A stretch of DNA of 64,000 bases from Methanobacteriota archaeon (GCA_005878615.1 VBLT01000105.1:3414-67413), one strand, 5' to 3'; shown: positions 18,049-27,834, counted from the stretch's first letter. Numbers and translations are program-made. Notes: generated by a model not told the origin, from the sequence alone.

Positions 18049-19260
18049 GTGGCCGACCTCCACGACATCGTGAAAGCCCACGAAGAGTGGAGGCTCCGCG
18101 AGGCGCTCAACCTTCAAGCGTCGGAAAATGTGATGAGTGATGCCGCGCGATCTCTCCTCAGCTCGGACTTCGCGCATCGGTACACACTCCCCGACGACCT
18201 GGTCCCTTCTCTTGCAGGACTGAAGAACGCGTACCGCGGGACGAAACACACGGATGCGATGGAAGAGCTGGCCGAGCGGCACGCCCGTGAGGTGTTCCGC
18301 TCGGCGTTCGCTTCTCTCAAACCGTTGTCCGGCCACCTCGCGGGCTTCCTCTTACTGCAAGCCTGTTGCAAGCGAGGCGATCGGATCTTGGTCATCTCCG
18401 CCGCACACGGCGGATACGACGGCTACATGCCGGGGTTCCTGCCCGAGTACCTCGGCCTCGATGTCCAATTTCTCCCTTTCGACCCACCGGTGTGGAACGT
18501 CGATCCGAAGGCCGCCGCGGACCTGATCATCGAGACGAGGCCACGGCTCGTGCTCCTCGGCGCGAGCTTCATCCTGTTCCCGTACAACCTGCGGTGGCTC
18601 CGCGGAGCGTGCGACGACGTCGGAACGATCTTGGGCTACGATGCCTCCCATGTGCTCGGCCTGATCGCCGGGGGCGAATTCCAGAAGCCGATGTTGGAGG
18701 GCGTCGATGTCCTCAGCGCGAGCACCCACAAGTCGTTCCCGGGACCGCAGGGCGGCTTGTTCCTTTCGAACCGCAAGGACCTGTTCGAGCGGGCGATGGG
18801 CAGCTTCCTGTGGCGGATCCAAGATAATGCCCACTGGAACCGGATCGCTGCCACGGCACAGGTCCTCCGGGAGATGAAAGAGTTCGGGCCCGCCTACGCG
18901 AGACAGGTGGTCACCAACTCGAGAGTGCTCGCGAGCCAACTGGACAAATGGGGTTTGCCAGTGAAGTTTGCATCCCAGGGCTTTTCCGCGACGCATCAGA
19001 TCCACGTCGACCTGGAGGCGTTGAAAGAAAAATGGGGCCTCGGTCCCGCGGACTTCGCGGACCGGCTCGAGGCGAACAACCTCATCGTCGACGCGGTCGG
19101 CCGGATCGGGACGGCGGAGATCACCCGGATGGGCGCGACGGAGGACGACATGCAGGTCATCGCGGGGCTCATCGTCCGCGCGGGCCGCGCCGAAGATGTC
19201 CGGACCGAGGTCGCAGAGGTGCGCTCGCGACTCCGGCTCTCCTTCGCCTTCCCTCCTTGA
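18049..19260 (+). CDS. Serine hydroxymethyltransferase-like PLP enzyme (divergent)
   Basis: LNLQASEN, YDASHVLGLIAGG, STHKSFPGPQGG (PLP Lys), RIGT. Confidence 0.85.
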   Translation: MADLHDIVKAHEEWRLREALNLQASENVMSDAARSLLSSDFAHRYTLPDDLVPSLAGLKNAYRGTKHTDAMEELAERHAREVFRSAFASLKPLSGHLAGFLLLQACCKRGDRILVISAAHGGYDGYMPGFLPEYLGLDVQFLPFDPPVWNVDPKAAADLIIETRPRLVLLGASFILFPYNLRWLRGACDDVGTILGYDASHVLGLIAGGEFQKPMLEGVDVLSASTHKSFPGPQGGLFLSNRKDLFERAMGSFLWRIQDNAHWNRIAATAQVLREMKEFGPAYARQVVTNSRVLASQLDKWGLPVKFASQGFSATHQIHVDLEALKEKWGLGPADFADRLEANNLIVDAVGRIGTAEITRMGATEDDMQVIAGLIVRAGRAEDVRTEVAEVRSRLRLSFAFPP

Positions 19261-19415
19261 CCGCCGCAAGTCTTTAGCATCTCGCACTGATTCCGGGGAA
19301 GCCTTGTGGGGGCGGGTCGTCGTGCGATCTAACTTAACGGAGCGCAGCAACATAGGGGACGTGTCCCGGGAATTTCTGCAGGTAAACGAACGGTCGCGCG
19401 GACGGAGGCGCTAGG

Positions 19416-21128
19416 ATGGACATCGACCGCCGAGAATTCCTTCGCCTCGGGGCGACGGCCACGGCCGCGACGGCCGCTGCCGGGATCGCGCCGCCGCTTC
19501 TCCGTGCCGTCCCCGAGATGCGGCCTGAGGTGCCCGGCATGGAGATCGAAGAAGCGACGATCGCCGAGCTCCAAGCCGCGATGGCGGCGGGCCGGTTGTC
19601 GGCCGTCCGCCTGACGCGGACCTACGAGCACCGGATCGAGGCGCTCGATCGTAACGGTCCGAGCCTCAACTCGATTCTCCAAGTCAATCCCGATGCCGGA
19701 TCGATTGCGAGAGGGCTCGACCGGGAGCGGCGAGCGGGTCAGGTCCGCGGGCCCCTCCATGGGATCCCGGTGCTCCTGAAAGACAACATTGACACCGCGG
19801 ACCAGATGATGACCACCGCCGGATCTTTAGCGCTCGTCGGACCGGCCCCGGCCCAGGACGCGACCGTGGCCGCCAACCTTCGGGCGGCCGGCGCGATCAT
19901 CTTGGGGAAGACGAACATGAGCGAGTGGGCCAATTTCCGGTCCTTCCATTCGTCGAGCGGTTGGAGCGGGCGCGGAGGTCAGTGCCGAAACCCATACTAC
20001 TTGGACCGGAATCCCTGCGGATCCAGCTCGGGCTCCGGCATCGCGTCATCGGCGAACCTGACCGCCGGTTCCGTCGGCACCGAGACGGACGGTTCGATCG
20101 TATGTCCCGCGTCAATCTGCGGCATCGTTGGGATCAAGCCCACCGTCGGACTCACCAGCCGGGCCGGGGTTGTTCCGATCTCCCATAGCCAAGACACGAT
20201 TGGGCCGCACGCGCGGACCGTCGCCGACGCGGCCACCCTGCTCGGGGGCATGGCGAGCAAGGATCCCGACCCGCGAGACCCGGCCACGAACGACAACCGG
20301 GACAAAGTCTACTCCGACTACACCCAATTCCTCGATCCCACCGGGCTCAGCGGCGCCCGGATCGGGGTGGCTCGCAAAGGTGTGACGGGCTACAGCGAGG
20401 AGACCGACGGCGTTTTGGAATCCGCGATTCACTCGATCCAGAACGCAGGAGCGACGGTCGTCGACCCGGCCGACATCCCGACGATCGACCAGATCAATCA
20501 GGGCGCGGAGGAAATCACCGTCCTCGTCTATGAATTCAAGCGGGACCTGAACGCGTACCTCGCCTCGCGGAGCGGGGTGCCGATCGCCACGCTCGCGGAG
20601 GCCATCGCCTTCAACCTGGATCACAAGGATTCCGAACTGAAGTGGTTCGGGCAGGAATGGTTCGAGTTCGCGGAGTCCGATCCGTATTCCGAGGCAGACT
20701 ACAACACCGCCCTCGCCGAGGAGCGTCGAATCGGCGGTCCCGACGGCATCGATGCGGCCCTCGCGAAAGACAATCTGGACGCCCTAATCGCGCCGACCGG
20801 ATCTCCGGCTTGGCCGACCGATCTCGTGAACGGCGACCATTTCACCGGCGCGAGCTCGTCGCCCGCGGCGATCGCGGGGTATCCGGTCATCAACGTCCCG
20901 GCGGGGATGGCGTTCGGCCTCCCGGTGGGGATCTCCTTCATGGGGACCGCGTTCGGCGAACCGAAGCTCATCAAACTCGCGTCCGGTTTCGAGGCGGCCA
21001 CGAAAGCCCGCGTGAAACCGAAGTTCGTTCCGAGCCTCCCCCTCGACGGGTCCGTTCGGCGGCGCGATCGCGATGGGGACGAAGACCGGCTCTCGTCCGG
21101 ACCTTCACTCGCCCTGCGTCACATTTGA
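19416..21128 (+). CDS. Amidase-signature family enzyme with Tat signal peptide
   Basis: DRREFL twin-arginine motif; KDNIDT, GSSSGSG, GTETDGSI. Confidence 0.93.
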   Translation: MDIDRREFLRLGATATAATAAAGIAPPLLRAVPEMRPEVPGMEIEEATIAELQAAMAAGRLSAVRLTRTYEHRIEALDRNGPSLNSILQVNPDAGSIARGLDRERRAGQVRGPLHGIPVLLKDNIDTADQMMTTAGSLALVGPAPAQDATVAANLRAAGAIILGKTNMSEWANFRSFHSSSGWSGRGGQCRNPYYLDRNPCGSSSGSGIASSANLTAGSVGTETDGSIVCPASICGIVGIKPTVGLTSRAGVVPISHSQDTIGPHARTVADAATLLGGMASKDPDPRDPATNDNRDKVYSDYTQFLDPTGLSGARIGVARKGVTGYSEETDGVLESAIHSIQNAGATVVDPADIPTIDQINQGAEEITVLVYEFKRDLNAYLASRSGVPIATLAEAIAFNLDHKDSELKWFGQEWFEFAESDPYSEADYNTALAEERRIGGPDGIDAALAKDNLDALIAPTGSPAWPTDLVNGDHFTGASSSPAAIAGYPVINVPAGMAFGLPVGISFMGTAFGEPKLIKLASGFEAATKARVKPKFVPSLPLDGSVRRRDRDGDEDRLSSGPSLALRHI

Positions 21129-21179
21129 ACGCGGCGTTCGGTGGACAAAGGCCATATGTCGTGGCCTCGTTAGCCCGCT

Positions 21180-22190
21180 GTGGCTGGGCCGGATCGATAT
21201 CGCCGACAGACCGTCCTCCCGGAAATTGGGGCGAAGGGCCAGCGGGCCCTTGGCTCGTCCCGCGTCGCGATCGTCGGCCTGGGCGCCCTCGGGAGCGTGT
21301 CTTCCGACTTGCTGGTCCGAGCCGGGGTCGGTCGCGTGCGCCTCGTCGACCGTGATGTGGTCGAACTCGTGAACCTGCAGCGACAAACCTTGTACTCCGA
21401 GGCGGACGTCGAAACGCCGAAGGCGGAGGCCGCCGCGAGACGGCTTCAAAGCGTGAACGCCGCGGTCCGCGTGGAGGCGGTCCCTCGCGATGTCCACTCC
21501 GGAACCGTACGGGAGATTCTGGCCGACATCGATGCGATCATCGATGGGACCGACAATCTCGAGACGAGGTTCCTCTTGAACGAAGCGGCCATGGACCGCG
21601 GCATCCCTCTGGTCTACGGAGGCGCCATCGCAACGTACGGGATGGTCTTCGCGATCCGCTCTCCGGAGACGGCGTGCTTCCGCTGTTTCAATCCGAACGC
21701 GCCCCCACCGGGAAGCCTGCCGACCTGCGAGACCGCGGGCATCTTCAACGCGGTCTCCGCCGAGGTCGGAGCGATTCAGGCGGGAGAGGCGATTCGCGTC
21801 CTCGTTGGACAGGCCCCATCGGGCGACCTCCTCGTCATCGACGGATGGCGTCCGGAGATCCAGAGGATTCACCTCGCCCGCCGCCGCGATTGTGCCGCGT
21901 GCGGGAGGGGAGAGCGCGAATACCTCGGCGCACGACGATCCCAGGTACTCGCCTCAATTTGTGGCAGCGACACGATCTCGCTCGATCCGATCCGTTCGGG
22001 CACGATCGATCTGGACGGCCTCGGGCGTCGGCTGGAGGCACTCGGATCTGCCCGCAGGGCCGGGGGCGTCCTCCTCGTCGATGTCGAGGGTCGACGGCTC
22101 ACGGTGTTCGCGGACGGACGCGCGCTCATTCGAGGGGTCAAGGACGAGACGGAGGCGCGTGCAGTGTACGCCAAATATGTGGGGATCTGA
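21180..22190 (+). CDS. ThiF/MoeB (E1-like) adenylyltransferase with C-terminal extension
   Basis: RYRRQ, GLGALGS, DRDVVELVNLQRQ, CFRC, PTCETAG, CAAC. Confidence 0.92.
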   Translation: MAGPDRYRRQTVLPEIGAKGQRALGSSRVAIVGLGALGSVSSDLLVRAGVGRVRLVDRDVVELVNLQRQTLYSEADVETPKAEAAARRLQSVNAAVRVEAVPRDVHSGTVREILADIDAIIDGTDNLETRFLLNEAAMDRGIPLVYGGAIATYGMVFAIRSPETACFRCFNPNAPPPGSLPTCETAGIFNAVSAEVGAIQAGEAIRVLVGQAPSGDLLVIDGWRPEIQRIHLARRRDCAACGRGEREYLGARRSQVLASICGSDTISLDPIRSGTIDLDGLGRRLEALGSARRAGGVLLVDVEGRRLTVFADGRALIRGVKDETEARAVYAKYVGI

Positions 22191-22191
22191 G

Positions 22192-22863
22192 ATGCCCCAC
22201 AAAGGAGTCCTCCTGTTGAGCGGGGGATTCGATAGTCCCGTCGCGGGCGATTTGATGGCCCGTCAGGGCCTCGGCCTCGTCGCGGCCCACTTTTCCCTCG
22301 AGCCGATCACCGACGAAGCCGCAGCGGTCAAGGCGCGGACCTTGTGCGGGATCCTTGGGATCCCGTCGCTCTATGTCGTGCGGGTCGGCACCGCCTTTGC
22401 GGAAGTGGCCCACGCCGCGAACCGCCGATTCTATTTCGTCCTGACGAAACGACTCATGGTGCGGCTCGCCGACGCCCTCGCGGACCGAGAACGCGCGGAC
22501 GTGCTGGTGACCGGCGAGAACCTCGGGCAAGTGTCGAGCCAGACGCTGGCGAGCCTCCGGGCGATCGACGCGGTCGCACGGCGCCCGGTGCTGCGTCCCC
22601 TGATTGGGTTCGACAAGCAGGAAGTGGTGGATCGCGCTCGGGAGATCGGGACGTACGAGGTCTCCAAGGGCCCCGAGATTTGCGATCTCCTCGGCCCGAG
22701 CCGACCGTCGACTCACGCGCGAATGGATCAGATCCTCGGCGAGGAAGCGAAACTCGATCTGGAGCGTCTCGTGGCGATGTGCCTTGACCGCGTGGAGGCG
22801 GAAAAGTTCATGGGGCACGGCCCCGCTCGATCAAGCTCCTCCGAATTGCAAGGGGCCTCATGA
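22192..22863 (+). CDS. ThiI-like PP-loop sulfurtransferase lacking the THUMP domain
   Basis: LLLSGGFDSPVA, TGENLGQVSSQTL, LRPLIGFDKQE, IGTYEVS. Confidence 0.85.
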   Translation: MPHKGVLLLSGGFDSPVAGDLMARQGLGLVAAHFSLEPITDEAAAVKARTLCGILGIPSLYVVRVGTAFAEVAHAANRRFYFVLTKRLMVRLADALADRERADVLVTGENLGQVSSQTLASLRAIDAVARRPVLRPLIGFDKQEVVDRAREIGTYEVSKGPEICDLLGPSRPSTHARMDQILGEEAKLDLERLVAMCLDRVEAEKFMGHGPARSSSSELQGAS

Positions 22864-23144
22864 CCTACTATCTCCTCAAGCCCTGTCGGACGGCGACCGC
22901 TTTCATTTCGAGTCTGAAACAGGCGCGTCGCGTCGATCTGGGCGCGGCTGCAGAACGGCTCCGGCAGAACGGATGGGCCGTGACCGATGTGAAGGTCATG
23001 TTGATCCTCGAGGGTGAGCCCGAGCTCACCGTCTACGAGAGCGGGAAGATCCTCGTCAAAACCGACGACGAGAGGACGGCACGAACGGCGATTGATCGGG
23101 TGTATCAGGCCATGGGACTTTCCGCGCCCATCGCGACTGCGTGA
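22860..23144 (+). CDS. Small hypothetical protein
   Basis: 94 aa; ATGA overlap with the ThiI-like gene; KPC; ELTVYESGKILVK. Confidence 0.75.
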   Translation: MTYYLLKPCRTATAFISSLKQARRVDLGAAAERLRQNGWAVTDVKVMLILEGEPELTVYESGKILVKTDDERTARTAIDRVYQAMGLSAPIATA

Positions 23145-23168
23145 GTGTCGTCCTTCAACGCCGCCGCG

Positions 23169-24266
23169 TCAACCGCGGAATGCAAGGATGACGACGTCCA
23201 CGACGAAAAGGAGGACGACGAGGAGTTCCACGAGGAGGAGCCTCCGAGCCTCGAGTTCGGAGTGTGCCACTTCGTAGATCTCGCTGAGGTCCCTCATCTT
23301 GTCCGCGACGTTCTTTCTCCAGGACTCGAGTTCGAACTTGCGGACGCACGCCCGGTACACCTTCCCGAGAAACCAGTCGCCCCAGAGCTTCGAAATGTTG
23401 TCGACTTGAAACGTCGCCTCCGCTAGGTCCATTCGAATCTCCGCGAGCTCCTTGACCGTGTCGTGGCCGCTGCGGAGGATCGAGCTCCGGGCGAACAGGT
23501 CCTCCAGGTCATCATAGGCCTTGTCCACGACCTTGTCCAGGTATGCATCGTAGGTCCGCATCTCAAGGAGCTGAAGGTTCGCGAGTTCGAAGACGGTGAG
23601 CGTGTCTTCGTAGGCTGCACTCGGCTCCACGACGAGCGCCGCGTCCCACTCGAGGACGACGAGATCATCCTGGTAGTACGAAAACCAGTTTCGCCATGTG
23701 TCCTCGACCTCCTCGTCGCTGATCGCATCCGGCCGCGGATCGTTCGCCAGGAGAGCCGTGACCTCCCGCCGCCACGTCGTGGAGAACTCCCGGACCGGGG
23801 TCTCGGTGACGGAGACGCAGTACACCGTGTACGGCTCCGGTTCGACCCTCGCATCGTACGCGTCATGGAGGAACGGCACGAGGTCCTCGATGATTCGCTC
23901 GGCGAGCCCGCCACAGTATTCGTTCAGATTTCGCTCGCGGCCGTCCTCCAGGATCCGAAGGCTCGCGAAGGGCCTTAGGTCGCGGAGGACCGCCGCCTCG
24001 AAGGGAACTCGAACGACGATCGCGAGGGCGCCGACGCCATACAGTTTCACCCCGATCGAAGCGGTCAGGGGTCCGAGGTTCGTCGCAAGGCCCCGCTGAT
24101 CGAGGAACACGAGCAGCGGTTGCGCGAATCGGGCGTACCGCGGTGCGGCCCGCTCCGATGGGAAGCGACCGGAGAGGAAGGGCATGTCGATGGTCTTTTG
24201 GATTTCGTCGAGGTCCACTGAGGCACCGATGTCGAAGAGTCGGTAGAAGACGACTTCCCCCTTCAT
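23169..24266 (-). CDS. Uncharacterised protein with C-terminal TM helix (RMD1/DUF155- or CorA-like architecture)
   Basis: YRLFDIG, FSYYQDDLVVLEW, ELANLQLLEMRTYD, GDWFLGKVY, terminal LLLVELLVVLLFVVD. Confidence 0.7.
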   Translation of the reverse strand: MKGEVVFYRLFDIGASVDLDEIQKTIDMPFLSGRFPSERAAPRYARFAQPLLVFLDQRGLATNLGPLTASIGVKLYGVGALAIVVRVPFEAAVLRDLRPFASLRILEDGRERNLNEYCGGLAERIIEDLVPFLHDAYDARVEPEPYTVYCVSVTETPVREFSTTWRREVTALLANDPRPDAISDEEVEDTWRNWFSYYQDDLVVLEWDAALVVEPSAAYEDTLTVFELANLQLLEMRTYDAYLDKVVDKAYDDLEDLFARSSILRSGHDTVKELAEIRMDLAEATFQVDNISKLWGDWFLGKVYRACVRKFELESWRKNVADKMRDLSEIYEVAHSELEARRLLLVELLVVLLFVVDVVILAFRG

Positions 24267-24310
24267 TGCCGCGCGCAAGCTGGCGGGGCGTCTTAAGGGC
24301 TCCGGTAAGC

Positions 24311-25096
24311 CTACTCGCCGTACCGCCGCTGGCGCATTTGATAGGATCGAAGGGCCCGCAAGAAATCGATCTTACGGAATCCGGGCCAGTAGACATCGAC
24401 GAAGTAGAGTTCCGAGTACGCGAGTTGCCACAGGAGGAAATTCGAGATCCGCTCTTCCCCGCTCGTCCTAAGGACCAGGTCCGGGTCCGGGAGATCCGCG
24501 GTGTACAGCCGCTTCGAGAAGAATTTCTCGTCCACGTCTTCCGGGTCCACCTTGCCCGCCCGCGCATCCTGGACCACGTCGCGGATGGCCCGAAGGATCT
24601 CTTCGCGGCCGCCGTATGCGACCGCGACGTTGAAGCGATACTGGTCATAGGCCTTCGTCCGACCCTCCGCGTACTCGATCGCCTCGATGACTTCGGGCGG
24701 CAGCAGTTCGCGGTTTCCGAACACGCTCACGCGGATTTGGTGACGGTGGACCCGGTCGTCGTCGCCCACGCGCCGAAAGTTCTCCGCGAACAGGTGCATG
24801 AGGTGCTCGACTTCCTCGTTCGCGCGACGGATGTTTTCCGTCGAGAACGCGAACACGGTCAAGATCCGGACGCCCACCTCGAGGCACCATTCGAGGACCT
24901 CCTCGAGCTTGTCCCGACCTTTCACATGTCCGTCCAACACATTCCCCAGGCCGATCTCCCGGGCGAATCGGCGGTTCCCGTCCATGATGATCGCCACGTG
25001 GTGGGGGACCACGGCCTGCTTGACCTGATGGAGGAGCCGACGTTCGTAGGCCTGGTAGGCCGCGTCGCTGATGATCTTCGAGATGTCCGTCGGCAC
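24311..25096 (-). CDS. uppS: cis-prenyltransferase (polyprenyl diphosphate synthase)
   Basis: HVAIIMDGNRRFA, FAFSTEN, YGGREE, RTSGEERISNFLLWQ. Confidence 0.96.
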   Translation of the reverse strand: MPTDISKIISDAAYQAYERRLLHQVKQAVVPHHVAIIMDGNRRFAREIGLGNVLDGHVKGRDKLEEVLEWCLEVGVRILTVFAFSTENIRRANEEVEHLMHLFAENFRRVGDDDRVHRHQIRVSVFGNRELLPPEVIEAIEYAEGRTKAYDQYRFNVAVAYGGREEILRAIRDVVQDARAGKVDPEDVDEKFFSKRLYTADLPDPDLVLRTSGEERISNFLLWQLAYSELYFVDVYWPGFRKIDFLRALRSYQMRQRRYGE

Positions 25097-25288
25097 CTAC
25101 GGATGCCCACGAATCACGCCCTATTTATCCATTCGCGGCGGGCTATCCCACCATTGGGACCACCGACGCAGCCTTGTGAATTTCCGACCGGTGGGAAGCG
25201 GCGTTCTCGGGCCCGTCGTTCACCCGCAAACCTTTAAGTACGGTGCCTAGTTGGTCCAACTAGTTCCCCCGTCTTTCAGTGTGGTCTA

Positions 25289-26137
25289 GTGGCCTTATCG
25301 ATGAAATTAGTTGAATATCAAGACCTCTACGGCAAGCTCGGGACGGCGCAGGACATCGATTTCTTGGCCGAAAACTTCGGCTATGACAAGGAACTCCTGC
25401 TCGTGATCTACACCCAGCGGGTCGTCCGAGACACGACGAAGAAGTTCTATCGAGTGAAGGCGCAAGCCCGTCGGTTGGCCTTCATGTGGCAGAACGGGAC
25501 GAGCCTCCTCGAGATCGCGCGGCGTTTCGACTTCCCCGCGATCCTCACCGCCCTCATGGTCTTGGAACAGCGTCGGATCTCCCGCAAGAATTTCTGGAAG
25601 ATGATCAACGACATCGACTCGGTCAAGGATCGGCGCCTGCGCCGCGAGCTCGACGAGGTCAATCGAGCCGACATCGTGTACTCGCCCGGGGGGACGGCCC
25701 GGCAGTATGCCCGCGGTCGATGGGGGGAGGCGAAACTTCACACATGGCTGAACGCCCGCGGCCTTGAATACGAAACGGAGAAGGACCTCCGAGCGAAGTA
25801 CGACAAGACTCCCGACATCCTCCTCCACAAACCCCTCGAGATGAACGGTTCCAGGAAGTACTGGATCGAATCGAAGGCCACGTTCGGCGACCCGTACGAA
25901 ATCCGGCGGCACATCAAGAAACAGCTCCAGCCGTACAGCGACCTGTTCGGGGACGGGGCCGTCGTCTACTGGTTCGGGCACGTGGACGATCAGCCGTACG
26001 CCCTGCCGGAAGGGGTCGACATCGTGAGCCCGACGTTCTTCGAGGCGCCGCCCGTTCCGTTTCCGTACGCGCCCGTCGGCGAGACCCGGCCCGAGGATCG
26101 GTCTCTCGTCGCGGACGCCGTCGATCTCCCGGAGTGA
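25289..26137 (+). CDS. C15orf41/CDIN1-like (TPD motif) PD-(D/E)XK nuclease-fold protein
   Basis: GRWGE..L, KTPDILL, WIESKATFGD, QLQPY..LFGDGAVVYWFG. Confidence 0.8.
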   Translation: MALSMKLVEYQDLYGKLGTAQDIDFLAENFGYDKELLLVIYTQRVVRDTTKKFYRVKAQARRLAFMWQNGTSLLEIARRFDFPAILTALMVLEQRRISRKNFWKMINDIDSVKDRRLRRELDEVNRADIVYSPGGTARQYARGRWGEAKLHTWLNARGLEYETEKDLRAKYDKTPDILLHKPLEMNGSRKYWIESKATFGDPYEIRRHIKKQLQPYSDLFGDGAVVYWFGHVDDQPYALPEGVDIVSPTFFEAPPVPFPYAPVGETRPEDRSLVADAVDLPE

Positions 26138-26185
26138 TGGACCCCGCAAATGTTTAAGCCATCCCTCCCCATCGATGCGGGAGTG

Positions 26186-26488
26186 GTGGAAGAAGAGGTC
26201 GTCCGCGTCCGGATGCCTCGCACGAAAGACGGCGAGATTCTCGGGATTGCGGACCAGCTCCTCGGCGCGTCCCGGGTCCGCGTCATGTGCGCGGACGGGA
26301 AGAGCCGGCTCGGTCGGATCCCGGGGAAGCTGAAGAAGCGGATGTGGATCCGCGAGGGGGACCTCCTCGTCGTCAAGGTCTGGCAATTCCAGGACGAGAA
26401 GTGCGACATCAAGCACCGATACACGAAGACCGAGGCCAGCTACATGGCCCGTCGCGGCGTCATCCCCAAGTCGATCAACGTCTTCTGA
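26186..26488 (+). CDS. eif1a: Translation initiation factor aIF-1A
   Basis: LLGASRVRVMCADGKSRLGRIPGKLKKRMWIREGD. Confidence 0.95.
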   Translation: MEEEVVRVRMPRTKDGEILGIADQLLGASRVRVMCADGKSRLGRIPGKLKKRMWIREGDLLVVKVWQFQDEKCDIKHRYTKTEASYMARRGVIPKSINVF

Positions 26489-26504
26489 CCCCACAAAGCT
26501 CTTA

Positions 26505-27296
26505 GTGGACCGGGCCGTTCGTTTTTCCGACGTGATCGACGACCGACGCATGCGGCATCTCGAGTCCCAGGTCGATGCGCTCCGGACGAGGCAGAAAGAC
26601 AGCGCGACGCGCAAGACCTACGACCAAGTGTTCGACCACGCCGCCCTTCTGACCATCGCCTCCCTCATCAGCGACGGCGTCATCTCGACCCTCGATTATC
26701 CGGTGAGCACCGGCAAGGAGGCGAACGTGTTCCACGCGACCGACGGGTCCGGCCGGGGCAAGGCGTTGAAGATCTACCGGATCGCGACGGCCACCTTTCG
26801 AAACATCGCCATGTATATCGAGGGCGATCCCCGGTTCAAACGCATCAAGAGGGCCACGAAACCGACGATCTTCGCTTGGGCCCAAAAGGAATACAAGAAT
26901 CTCGTCCGAATGGGCGATGCGGGGGTTCGCGTGCCGATTCCGGAGCGGGTCTTGGACAACATCGTGGTCATGGAATACATCGGCGACGAGACGCAGCCTG
27001 CGCCTTCTTTGCGGGAGGTGTCGTTGGATTCACCGGCGTCCGCCTATCGAGACGTCGTCACGAACTTGCGGGGCATCCGGAAGTCGAAGCTCGTTCACGC
27101 CGACATGAGCGAGTACAACCTCCTCTGGTGGCAGGACCGTATCGTCGTGATCGATGTGGGCCAGGCGGTTCCGCTGGATCATCCTCGTGCCGAGGAATGG
27201 TTTCGGCGGGACGTGGCGAATATCGCCCGGTTCTTCAAACGACTCCGTGTCGATGTGACGCCGGCATCGCTCGAGCAAGAGATCCTCCGAGACTGA
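26505..27296 (+). CDS. rio1: Rio1 serine kinase
   Basis: STGKEANVF, KIYR, GDPRF, VHADMSEYN, IDVGQAV. Confidence 0.94.
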   Translation: MDRAVRFSDVIDDRRMRHLESQVDALRTRQKDSATRKTYDQVFDHAALLTIASLISDGVISTLDYPVSTGKEANVFHATDGSGRGKALKIYRIATATFRNIAMYIEGDPRFKRIKRATKPTIFAWAQKEYKNLVRMGDAGVRVPIPERVLDNIVVMEYIGDETQPAPSLREVSLDSPASAYRDVVTNLRGIRKSKLVHADMSEYNLLWWQDRIVVIDVGQAVPLDHPRAEEWFRRDVANIARFFKRLRVDVTPASLEQEILRD

Positions 27297-27297
27297 C

Positions 27298-27834
27298 ATG
27301 CTGTACGCACGGATTCCATCGGATCGGCTGGGCGTCCTGATCGGGCCGGAGGGCGCCACCAAGAAACGGCTCCAAGAGTCAACGGGAACGCGGATCGCGG
27401 TCGATTCCGCGACCGGGGACGTCACCATCGACGAGACCGCCGCGGCCGATCCCGTGCTGGCCCTGAAGGCCCGAGATGTCGTGCAGGCGATGGCCCGCGG
27501 GTTCTCCGAAGACCGGGCATTCCGTCTCCTCGACGAAGAGAGCTACCTGGAGATCCTCGATATCAAAGACTTCGCGCACTCCAAGAACCGGGTGGCCCAG
27601 GTCCGGGCGCGGCTGATCGGCACCCGGGGGAAGACGCGACGGATCATCGAAGAGCTCACCGGCGTGGACGTCAGCGTCTCCGGCCACACGGTCGCGATGA
27701 TCGGCGGTGCCTTCGAGATGGCGATCGCCCGCGAGGCGGTTTTCATGCTCCTCAGGGGGAGCGAACACAGGACGGTGTACCGGTTCCTCGAGCGGAAGCG
27801 CGCCGACCTGAAAGTGTATCAGATGGGGTTCTAG
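27298..27834 (+). CDS. KH-domain ribosome biogenesis protein (Dim2/Pno1-like)
   Basis: GVLIGPEG, ARGFS, RLIGTRGKTRRIIE, GSEHRTVY. Confidence 0.92.
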   Translation: MLYARIPSDRLGVLIGPEGATKKRLQESTGTRIAVDSATGDVTIDETAAADPVLALKARDVVQAMARGFSEDRAFRLLDEESYLEILDIKDFAHSKNRVAQVRARLIGTRGKTRRIIEELTGVDVSVSGHTVAMIGGAFEMAIAREAVFMLLRGSEHRTVYRFLERKRADLKVYQMGF

